A DNA stretch of 64,000 bases from Gammaproteobacteria bacterium (GTDB lineage Bacteria; Pseudomonadota; Gammaproteobacteria; Pseudomonadales; Azotimanducaceae): assembly GCA_020832085.1 (NCBI GenBank), contig JAFIFJ010000138.1, positions 9,534 through 73,533 of the forward strand, written 5' to 3'. Of this stretch, positions 25,970 through 33,845 are shown piece after piece (the first letter of the stretch is position 1; each line of letters opens with the position of its first letter). The notes under the pieces were generated by a model. That model had not been told where the DNA came from. It worked only from the letters and a program-made list of their open reading frames with translations, and ran no database searches. Position numbers and translations under genes: made by a program.

Positions 25970-26141
25970 ACGGGATGGATGCGAAGCCGATGGGGCGCGG
26001 CTTCGAGCGGGGCAGCAGGACGGAGCGGGAAGCTCCGGCAAGGGGTAACGGAGTCAAGCATGGCGCAGGTTGAGCCCCTCTCGGGGCTGTGTCCTTACTC
26101 GTGCGTGGCGCGTCGATGGGTGTTCTCGAGGAGTTCTCACT

Positions 26142-28520
26142 ATGGGGTTGCAACGTAACAAACGGCCATGGGGCGGCGGCTTGCTCGTCTCTGCAGCATG
26201 GGCTTGCGCGTTCGTGGCGCCGGTTCTGGGGCACGCGCAAGGTAATTCCGGCATGATCGACGAGATCGTCGTCACCGGCGAAGTTGTGGATCGACTCGGC
26301 ATCATTCCGGACGAGGAGGTGGACTCCATTTTTGGATCGAGCCGCTCCCTGCTGGAAACGCCGCGTTCCGCCACCATGATCAGTTCAGAGCTGCTCGAGC
26401 AGTACAACGCCCAAGACATCAACGATCTGGTGCGGTTCTCGCCCGGAGTCTATACCAGCTCCTTCTTCGGGGTGGCCGGCAACCTCGACGTACGCGGATC
26501 ACCGGGTGACAACTACTTCCGCGGCATGAAGCGCATCGAGAACCCCGGCAACTTTCCGACGCCCATCGGCGCCTCGGACCGGGTGGATATCGTTCGTGGA
26601 CCGTCGTCTCCGGTCTACGGCCCTGGCAAGGTCGGTGGCTATCTGAATTTCGTGCCCAAGTCGGCCCGGGCGGATACCGGGCGCTTTATGCGTGGCGTGC
26701 GCGGTTCGGCCACGGCCACCTGGGGCTCCCACGGCAAGCGCGTCGGTGCCGCTGAATTCGGCGGTCCCATGAAAGTGGGCGATACCGAGGCTGGATACTA
26801 TGTGTATGGCCTCTACGAAGACTCCAGCAGCTACTACCGGCACAACTTCCAGGATCAGATCATCCTGCAGTCCACCTTCGACTTCGACCTGACTGATACC
26901 TTGAATTTCACCGTCGGGCAGCAGTACCACAACTACAAAGGTACTGAGAACGCTGGCTGGAACCGCATCAGTCAGCGGCTGATCGATGACGGCATCTATC
27001 TGGCGGGCAGCCCACTGGTGCCGCTGGATACTGATGGAGACGGCTTCATCAGCGGCCAGGAAGTGCTGGCGGCGGGCAGCCTGTTCGTCTTCCACCCCTT
27101 TGGTTCACCGGTGGACAATCCGCTGTTTCATCTCGACCCGGCTACCGTCCGGGAGGTGGAGATCAGTCGCAAGCAGGTGCTGATCGATGACATCGACCGC
27201 ATCAAGTCCGACAGCTTCGCCTTCTTCGCGGATCTGGAATGGGAGGCCAGTGATCAGCTCAGGGTCACCAATAAGTTCTTCCTGGACTATCTCAGCCGCG
27301 ACAAGCGTGCTTCCTACGGCTTTTCCCAGGACAATCAGGCGGTGTCCATCGAGAACAAGATCCTGGTGCAGTTCTCCCAGGAGTATGAGTGGGGCAGCCT
27401 CGATGCATCCCTGGCACCGTCCTATCGCTACTACCGGGCGACCGATCGCGGCGACTTCGACTTCGAGTACTTCGACCGTCGCGACCTGACCCTGCCCCGG
27501 GGCACGCCGGTGGATCGCATTCTCACCTCGCTGCAGGACAACATCCAGACGCCCTGGACGGCGGATGAGCGCTCGACCCTGCACAATCCAGGCGTGGGGC
27601 TGTTGGTGGATGCCGAGTTCTTCGACCGGGCCTTCATCATCCTCGGCTGGCGTTACGACTGGCTGGACCTGAAGTCCTTGGCCCGCCACGACAACGATCG
27701 CCGCGACAGCAAGACCTTCAAGGCGCCGTCCTGGTCGGCGAGCCTGTCGGTGGATATCGGTGCCGGCCTGCGTCCCTATGTCACCTGGGCTGAGCAGTCG
27801 ACCCTCATTACCAACCAGACCGGTGGGGTGCCCGCCAACCTGGTCCGGGATGGGGATGCACTGGATGATTCCGAACTCAGGGAAGTCGGCATCAAAGGCC
27901 TGCTGTTCGACGGGCGGGTGTACGTCACTGCGGCTCACTACGAGCAGAAACGTTCCAGCTTCAGCGCCCAGACCCTCACGGTGCTCGCCACCGAGAGCAA
28001 GGGACAGGAACTGGAACTGCGCTGGGTGGTGAACGACGAACTCAGCATCACCGGAGCGGCCACCTGGCAGACCACGAAGTACAACCCGGTGACGGACCGC
28101 TTCATCTTCGCCAGTCCGGCGTTGACCGGCCTGCCTCCGGAACTCAGCTACGGCGGCACCATCGGGTCAACCGTGGGTCTGGTGGGCGGTGATGCAGTGA
28201 AGCGGGCCGGTGTGCCCGAGTTCCTCCTCAGCATCTTCGCCAACTACGAACTGCGGGAGTGGGATTTCTCCCTGGGTCTGACTCAGCAGGACAGCGTGGA
28301 CTCGGGGGTCGGCGGTGCAGTCCGGCTGCCCAGTGCCACCCTGGTGACGGCCTCCGCGGGCTGGTCACGGGGCCCCTGGCGGCTGCAGGCCAGCGGCACC
28401 AACCTGCTCAATGAGCGCTACTTCCGCGGGCTGTTCCCGGATATCTTCGGCGACTCGGTGGTGTTCCCGGAGCGTCCCCGTTCCTTCGAGTTGCGCGCCA
28501 CCTACGCGTTCGGTGGTTGA
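26142..28520 (+). CDS. TonB-dependent outer-membrane receptor
   Basis: Signal peptide, TonB-box-like IDEIVVTG, plug motifs (RSATMISSELL, DINDLVRFSPGV, RGPSSPVYG) and a long beta-barrel. The C-terminus ends ...RATYAFGG, two Gly beyond the usual terminal aromatic residue. Confidence 0.85.
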   Translation: MGLQRNKRPWGGGLLVSAAWACAFVAPVLGHAQGNSGMIDEIVVTGEVVDRLGIIPDEEVDSIFGSSRSLLETPRSATMISSELLEQYNAQDINDLVRFSPGVYTSSFFGVAGNLDVRGSPGDNYFRGMKRIENPGNFPTPIGASDRVDIVRGPSSPVYGPGKVGGYLNFVPKSARADTGRFMRGVRGSATATWGSHGKRVGAAEFGGPMKVGDTEAGYYVYGLYEDSSSYYRHNFQDQIILQSTFDFDLTDTLNFTVGQQYHNYKGTENAGWNRISQRLIDDGIYLAGSPLVPLDTDGDGFISGQEVLAAGSLFVFHPFGSPVDNPLFHLDPATVREVEISRKQVLIDDIDRIKSDSFAFFADLEWEASDQLRVTNKFFLDYLSRDKRASYGFSQDNQAVSIENKILVQFSQEYEWGSLDASLAPSYRYYRATDRGDFDFEYFDRRDLTLPRGTPVDRILTSLQDNIQTPWTADERSTLHNPGVGLLVDAEFFDRAFIILGWRYDWLDLKSLARHDNDRRDSKTFKAPSWSASLSVDIGAGLRPYVTWAEQSTLITNQTGGVPANLVRDGDALDDSELREVGIKGLLFDGRVYVTAAHYEQKRSSFSAQTLTVLATESKGQELELRWVVNDELSITGAATWQTTKYNPVTDRFIFASPALTGLPPELSYGGTIGSTVGLVGGDAVKRAGVPEFLLSIFANYELREWDFSLGLTQQDSVDSGVGGAVRLPSATLVTASAGWSRGPWRLQASGTNLLNERYFRGLFPDIFGDSVVFPERPRSFELRATYAFGG

Positions 28521-28582
28521 TCGATGAGGCCGAGGCACGCCTGCCGGGACGCGGGCGTGCTTCGGTAGTACCGGAGAGAGGC

Positions 28583-29608
28583 ATGGACTACACGGAATTC
28601 CTGCGGCGGGTTCCGAAGGTGGAGCTGCACTGTCACCTGGAAGGGACCGTGCGCGCCGCCACGTTCGCCGATCTGGCCCGCAAACACGGCGTAACCCTGC
28701 CCACCAGCGAGGTGGACAGCCTGTACGAGTACGACACCATTGAGGCCTTCCTCGAGATTTTCGGTCTGGTCGCTTCGACCCTGATCGACGAAGAGGACTT
28801 CGAGCGCGTGGCCTTCGAGTCCCTGGAAGACGGCCAGCGCCTGGGCAACCTCAAGTATCGCGAGATGTTCTTCAATCCCACGCTGCATACCCGTCGAGGG
28901 GTCCCTTACCGGACCGTGGTGGATGGGCTGGCGGCCGGCATCCGTCGCGCTGACCGTGAACTTGGCGTCGGTTGCCGACTTATTGCCGACGTCTACCGGC
29001 AGGACAGTCCCGCCATGGCCCTGGCCATGGTGGAAGAAGTGCTCGCTCATCGTCCTGACGAGGTCATCGGACTGGGGATGGACGGTGCGGAGGCGCCGGA
29101 CCCACCCGAGCGTTTCGCCGCGGCCTTTGCCCGGGCCCGTGCCGGCGGCCTGCGTCTCACCAGTCATGCCTGCGAGGACGCCCCGCCGAAGAACATCATC
29201 ACCTGTCTGGATCTTCTCGGCTGTGAACGCATCGACCACGGCTATCACATCCTGGCGGACGAAGCCGTGGTGCGACGTGCTCTGGACGCAGGGCTCTACT
29301 TCACCTGCTGTCCGACGGCCACCGCGCGGGTCTACGGCTGGCCCGATCTCAGCCGGCATCCCATCGGCGGCATGGTGAAGGCGGGCCTGAACGTGACGCT
29401 CAATTCCGACGATCCCACCATGTTCCACACAGACATCGGCCGGGAGTTCGTGGATCTCTGCACGGCGCTGGATTACGGCCCGGAGCAGGTGCGGCAGTTC
29501 TGCCTGAACAGCGTCGACGGCAGCTGGCTCGATGATGCCGACAAGGCGCGACTGCGAAGAGAGGTGGCGGCCGAGTTCGACGCTCTGCATGCGGAGATCG
29601 CGCCATGA
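28583..29608 (+). CDS. Adenosine/adenine deaminase family protein, paralog 1 (cytoplasmic)
   Basis: MDYTEFLRRVPKVELHCHLEGT (HxH), SHACED in place of AHAGEE (Glu kept), ERIDHG, TLNSDDP. No signal peptide. Confidence 0.8.
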   Translation: MDYTEFLRRVPKVELHCHLEGTVRAATFADLARKHGVTLPTSEVDSLYEYDTIEAFLEIFGLVASTLIDEEDFERVAFESLEDGQRLGNLKYREMFFNPTLHTRRGVPYRTVVDGLAAGIRRADRELGVGCRLIADVYRQDSPAMALAMVEEVLAHRPDEVIGLGMDGAEAPDPPERFAAAFARARAGGLRLTSHACEDAPPKNIITCLDLLGCERIDHGYHILADEAVVRRALDAGLYFTCCPTATARVYGWPDLSRHPIGGMVKAGLNVTLNSDDPTMFHTDIGREFVDLCTALDYGPEQVRQFCLNSVDGSWLDDADKARLRREVAAEFDALHAEIAP

Positions 29609-30030
29609 AGCCCTTGGCAGGGCTAGGTGTCCTCGTCGGCACCCTGGCAGTGATGGGCTGTACTGCAACGCCTCCTGCGGTGAGCGCAGTGGACTGTGGC
29701 GGCATGCAGAGTGCGTTGCGCAGCGAACTGTTCTTCGGCATGACCCATCGTCGCGGCGCGGCCATCGCTGAAGCCGATTGGGAGGACTTTCTGGCCAACT
29801 CGGTCACAGCGCGTTTTCCTGACGGGCTCAGCGTCATCGAGGCGCGTGGCCAGTGGCGCAACCCGGGCACGGGTGCGCTGGTGAGACAGCCGGCGCGGGT
29901 CCTGCTCATCATCCATCCTGACGATGCCCGCAGCGATGCGTCCCTGGAAGCGCTGCGCGAGGATTACAAGGCCCGCTTCGATCAGATCTCCGTGCTGCGG
30001 GTGACCCAGCCGGTGTGCATGGCGTTCTGA
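29605..30030 (+). CDS. DUF3574-like lipoprotein
   Basis: MKPLAGLGVLVGTLAVMGC lipobox. SELFFGMTHRRGAAIAEADWEDFLANSVTARFPDGLSVIEARGQW matches my recollection of DUF3574. ATGA overlap with paralog 1; its stop abuts the paralog 2 ATG. Confidence 0.5.
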   Translation: MKPLAGLGVLVGTLAVMGCTATPPAVSAVDCGGMQSALRSELFFGMTHRRGAAIAEADWEDFLANSVTARFPDGLSVIEARGQWRNPGTGALVRQPARVLLIIHPDDARSDASLEALREDYKARFDQISVLRVTQPVCMAF

Positions 30031-31197
30031 ATGCGCACGGCCCGAGGAGTTCGAAAAGACATGGCAGATCGAATCACGGCTCGGGGCGCTGGACTCATGC
30101 TACTGCTCGGGCTCGTACTGGCGGCGCCCCTTCAGGCTCATGCTGGCGCAGCCGATCCTGGCGCGGTCGCGGACTTCATCATGGGTCTGCCGAAGACTGA
30201 GCTGCACATTCATCTCGAAGGCACGCTGGAAGCGGAAGACTATCTGGCGCTGATGGCTCGCAATGGGCGCGATTCGCCCTATGGGGATGCGGCAGCCGTC
30301 CGCGACAGACTCACCTACGCTCGCGATCTCGACACCTTCATCGAAGTGTATGAGGAACTGCTCGGTGCCATGGAGACGGCCCATGACTTCGAGCAGGTGG
30401 CGATGACCTACATCGAGCGGGTTTCGGCCCAGGGCGTGATCTACGTCGAAATGTTTTTCGATCCGCAGATGCATACCTACCGGGGCGTTGCACTAGAGAC
30501 GGTGATGGAAGGTCTGTATCGGGCCCACGCGCGGGCGCCGGTGGAATACGGCGTAGAGCTCTGGTTCATCGCCTGTTTCAACCGGGATCGGTCGGCAGCG
30601 TCTGCCCTTCGTCACCTCGAGGCCCTCGCGCCCTATCAGGACATCGTCATTGGTGTGGGTCTGGACAATCCCGAGGAGATCGGTTTCCCGGAAAAGTTCG
30701 CCACCGTGTTTGCTCGCGCTGCCGCCATGGGATTCCGCCGGACTACCCATCTCGATGTGGATGTCCCCAACACCATCGAGCATCACTGGTCGGCCCTTCG
30801 CCTGCTGGACATCGAGCGCATCGATCATGGCCTGAACGTGGCGGATGACCCGGGGCTGATCGTCGCGGTGCGCGAGGCCGGTATTGCACTGACGGCCTGT
30901 CCGACGCTTCTGTATCGCGATATTCCGGGTCGGCTCGAGGGTCGACTGGCGCGGATTCGAACCTTGCTCGATGCCGGTATCGAGATATCCCTGCATTCGG
31001 ATGATCCGGGCCTGATGCGTGATCTTTACGTGGGTGATCTGTATCTGCTGGCGCACCTCGAAGGGGGATTCACCCGTGCGGAGATCGTCGCTTTGGCCCG
31101 CAACAGTCTCCTCAGCGCCTGGGTGGACGAGGACCGGCGCAGGATCTGGCTGCAGGCCTTCGATGCCTGGCTTCAGGCGCATCCCGTAGCCTTCTGA
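30031..31197 (+). CDS. Exported adenosine-deaminase-superfamily protein, paralog 2 (non-canonical active site)
   Basis: Signal peptide ...GLMLLLGLVLAAPLQAHA/GA, then ELHIHLEG (HxH), ERIDHG and SLHSDDP. The HAGE motif is replaced by THLDVD (Glu position is Val). Alternative start at 30061. Confidence 0.7.
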   Translation: MRTARGVRKDMADRITARGAGLMLLLGLVLAAPLQAHAGAADPGAVADFIMGLPKTELHIHLEGTLEAEDYLALMARNGRDSPYGDAAAVRDRLTYARDLDTFIEVYEELLGAMETAHDFEQVAMTYIERVSAQGVIYVEMFFDPQMHTYRGVALETVMEGLYRAHARAPVEYGVELWFIACFNRDRSAASALRHLEALAPYQDIVIGVGLDNPEEIGFPEKFATVFARAAAMGFRRTTHLDVDVPNTIEHHWSALRLLDIERIDHGLNVADDPGLIVAVREAGIALTACPTLLYRDIPGRLEGRLARIRTLLDAGIEISLHSDDPGLMRDLYVGDLYLLAHLEGGFTRAEIVALARNSLLSAWVDEDRRRIWLQAFDAWLQAHPVAF

Positions 31198-31221
31198 CCG
31201 AGCCGCCGTTCCCGCCCGGTT

Positions 31222-32256
31222 TCATGGCCGGGCATGTGCCAGCAGGTAACGGTCCAGCTCTGCCAGCTTTTCCGCTCTGGCGGGCGCCGGCAGAAAGCTG
31301 GCCTCGAAGGCGTGGCGGTTGATCCGGGCTGCCTGCTCTGCAGTCAGCCGCAGATGCTCATGCAGGGCGATGAAGTTCTCGTTCAGGAAGCCGCCGAAGT
31401 AGGTGGGGTCGTCGGAATTCACGGTGACCCTGACGCCCGCAGCCAGCAATTGGAGCAGATTGTGGTTCGCCATGCTGTCGAAGACCTTGAGTTTGACGTT
31501 CGACAGCGGGCAGACGGTGAGGGGAATCCCTTCGCGGGACAGGCGCGCCAGCAGGGCCGGATCCTCGGCGCTGCGTACGCCATGGTCGATGCGCTCGACG
31601 CCGAGAAGATCGAGGCTGTCGGCGACGAAGCCCGCCGGACCCTCCTCGCCGGCATGGGCGGTGGCCCGGTATCCTAACGAGCGTGCCCGGGCGTAAAGTT
31701 CCGTGAAGTCTGCCGGCGGGTGGCCGAGTTCCGAGCTGGCCAGACCGATGGCGACGAAACCATCCGGGCAGGCCCGGTGGGCCTGCTCCAGGACCTCGAG
31801 GCCATCGCGCTCCGGCAGATGGCGCAGCAGACTCAGAATGAGCAGCACCGACTGTCCCCAGCCTGCCTGGGCTTCGGCCATGGCCTGCTTGAACCCGGAC
31901 ATCATCGTCGCCAGCGATACGCCGCTCGGGAGGTAGGACTGGGGTTCGATCATGATTTCGGTGTGCGTGATGTGCTGATCCCGGCAGGCGCTGAGGTAGT
32001 CGAGCATCAGCAGATAGAAGTCCTCCTCGTCGCGGATCACCGATGTGCCCATGTAGTAGAGATCGAGAAAACTCTGCAGATTCTCGAAGGCATAGGCGTC
32101 AGTCACGTCTTCGACGCTCCGGTAGGGAATGTCGAACCCGTGCTTCGCTGCCCGGTCCAGCAACCGTGAGGGCCTGAGTGTCCCGTCGAGGTGGACGTGC
32201 AGCTCCGCCTTGGGCATGGCGGATATCCACGAGGCGAAGGCAGCGCTGCTCTGCAT
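31222..32256 (-). CDS. Adenine/adenosine deaminase, Pseudomonas ADE-like paralog 3 (cytoplasmic)
   Basis: MPKAELHVHLDGTL, AYAFENLQSFLDLYY, TAHAGEEGP, ERIDHGVR, CPLSNVKLKVF, TVNSDDPTYFGG. Very like the PA0148-type adenine deaminase as I recall it. ATG at 32256 (track ORF starts at TTG 32268). Confidence 0.8.
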   Translation of the reverse strand: MQSSAAFASWISAMPKAELHVHLDGTLRPSRLLDRAAKHGFDIPYRSVEDVTDAYAFENLQSFLDLYYMGTSVIRDEEDFYLLMLDYLSACRDQHITHTEIMIEPQSYLPSGVSLATMMSGFKQAMAEAQAGWGQSVLLILSLLRHLPERDGLEVLEQAHRACPDGFVAIGLASSELGHPPADFTELYARARSLGYRATAHAGEEGPAGFVADSLDLLGVERIDHGVRSAEDPALLARLSREGIPLTVCPLSNVKLKVFDSMANHNLLQLLAAGVRVTVNSDDPTYFGGFLNENFIALHEHLRLTAEQAARINRHAFEASFLPAPARAEKLAELDRYLLAHARP

Positions 32257-32260
32257 GGCG

Positions 32261-33763
32261 TTACTCAAAGCTGATCCCGAAGTTCCGCAGCGCGTAGCCG
32301 TAGGTTTCTGCCTCCACTTCCCACAGTCCGGCGCGCCAGTCGCCGATGCCGAAGCGCTGCTCGAAGGCCCGGATGTCGGCGTCGTACTCTGCCAGCAGGC
32401 GTTGCTTGATGGGTTCCTCGACGAAAGCGTGTTCCAGACTGTTGCGCCCCACCTGCACCAGCTCAGGCCAGGACAGATTGAAGCGGGTGACGGCCACGTA
32501 GTACTCGTCGCTCATGTTGGAATCCCACATGCCGCGATCGTCGGTGTTCAGCGCCACCGGGATGCCGAGGCGCAGGAACTGGGGGAAGGGGTGCAGGTCG
32601 AGATCCGGCGTGTACTCCAGCAGGTGGTTGCTGATCAGGTTGTTCTCGAGCAGGAAGGGCCCGTGGCGCAGCAGCAGCAGCGTGTCGTCGTCATGAATGA
32701 CGTCGATGCCGTGGCCGATGCGGTCGGCACCGAGCAGCAGGGTTTCCCGGACATGGCGCGAGGGCCGATCCGTCTCGCCGGCATGGATGGACAGGCGAAT
32801 GTCCGGGTACTTCCGCCGCATCTCGGCGAAGACCTGCCGGAAACGTTCCGGGTGGCCGCGGTCGTCGTCTTCGCGGCCGGCCATGTTGACGGCCACCCAC
32901 AGATCCCGATAGCGATCGACGAAGGCATAGGCATCGCGGACACGCTGCTCGGCGTCCGGGGTGAAGCGCAGCACGGTCTGCTGGAAACGCACCACCACGC
33001 CGGTGGCCAGAGCGTCGGGCTGCTGCAGCCGCGCCCGGTAGATGTTGACCACGTCGTCCACGGCAATCGGTTCGCCATCGGGATCGACGAAGCCGGCCGC
33101 GCCAGTCTGGGTCTCCAGGTAGCGCAGGCCCTCGGCGCCATAACGCTTCATGTTCTCCACCAGCAGTTCGGCATTGATGTGGGGATTGCGGAACAGTTCA
33201 CCGATGCGGTTCCAGATGCGCTCGAAGAACTCGTCCCGGCCCTCGTGGGGCAGCTCCAGACGCAGGCTGGACAGCCAGGCCGCCCGGGTGTCGTCGTCGA
33301 GGCCGTCGAGGGGCTCGTACTCGCGCTGCTTGCACTCGTCGAGGGTGGCGTAGGTGGAGGCCTGAATGGTCTGGAAGTACAGCAGGTAGGGGCGGGGCCG
33401 AACTTCACCGATGCGCGCCGGATCGGCGGGACGACCGGTGCCGCTCGGACAGTTGTGGATCATGGTCTTGGTGTAATAGCGGTAGCCGCCATTGCGGTCC
33501 GGGTCCACGGCGAGGGCGTACCACCATTCGGAGCGGCTGGATCCGCCGAGGTGGTTGTGGATGTCGCCGCCCTTGGGCATGGCGTAGAGGAAGCGGTAGA
33601 GCTCCTCGGGGCTGGCATCCTGCTTGATGCGCTCGAAGCGTTCGGCGAACGCGAGCTGGCGGCTGTCCTCGAATGCGCTGACCGGCAGTGCCGCTGACAG
33701 CGCCACGGCAGCAAGGGCAAGCAGGGCGAAGCCCCGGTAGAGGACAGCGAGAGATCGGATCAT
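32261..33763 (-). CDS. Exported ADGF/ADA2-like adenosine deaminase, paralog 4
   Basis: Signal peptide MIRSLAVLYRGFALLALAAVALSAALPVSA/FE, a long N-terminal extension, GGDIHNHLGG, SIHAGETD, RIGHG, ALNTDDRGM. Start at the internal Met of ORF 32261..33928. Confidence 0.75.
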   Translation of the reverse strand: MIRSLAVLYRGFALLALAAVALSAALPVSAFEDSRQLAFAERFERIKQDASPEELYRFLYAMPKGGDIHNHLGGSSRSEWWYALAVDPDRNGGYRYYTKTMIHNCPSGTGRPADPARIGEVRPRPYLLYFQTIQASTYATLDECKQREYEPLDGLDDDTRAAWLSSLRLELPHEGRDEFFERIWNRIGELFRNPHINAELLVENMKRYGAEGLRYLETQTGAAGFVDPDGEPIAVDDVVNIYRARLQQPDALATGVVVRFQQTVLRFTPDAEQRVRDAYAFVDRYRDLWVAVNMAGREDDDRGHPERFRQVFAEMRRKYPDIRLSIHAGETDRPSRHVRETLLLGADRIGHGIDVIHDDDTLLLLRHGPFLLENNLISNHLLEYTPDLDLHPFPQFLRLGIPVALNTDDRGMWDSNMSDEYYVAVTRFNLSWPELVQVGRNSLEHAFVEEPIKQRLLAEYDADIRAFEQRFGIGDWRAGLWEVEAETYGYALRNFGISFE

Positions 33764-33821
33764 GGTGCAGGCTCCTCGTGATGCTGGTCTGGTTTTGGAC
33801 TGAATCCCCAACCTTTGGGCA

Positions 33822-33837
33822 TGCACGCAGCGTACCA
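33822..33837 (-). promoter_or_regulatory. Candidate sigma54 promoter for the ADGF-like/ADE-like operon
   Basis: Minus strand TGGTACGCTGCGTGCA (TGG-N9-TGCA). It lies in the 82-bp gap between the csiV stop and the ADGF-like start, about 58 nt upstream of that ATG. Confidence 0.5.
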
Positions 33838-33845
33838 CCGGCCAG

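Noticed and set aside
26061-26076. TGGCGC-N5-GAGCC upstream of the TonB-dependent receptor, considered as a sigma54 promoter.
   Set aside because: GG-N10-GC spacing is present, but the -12 region lacks the T-G-C context (it reads GAGC). This is indistinguishable from chance in GC-rich DNA.
25970-26141. Fur box in front of the TonB-dependent receptor (iron-regulated siderophore receptor hypothesis).
   Set aside because: No AT-rich GATAATGATAATCATTATC-like sequence occurs here or upstream of 25034. The neighbours are all purine enzymes.
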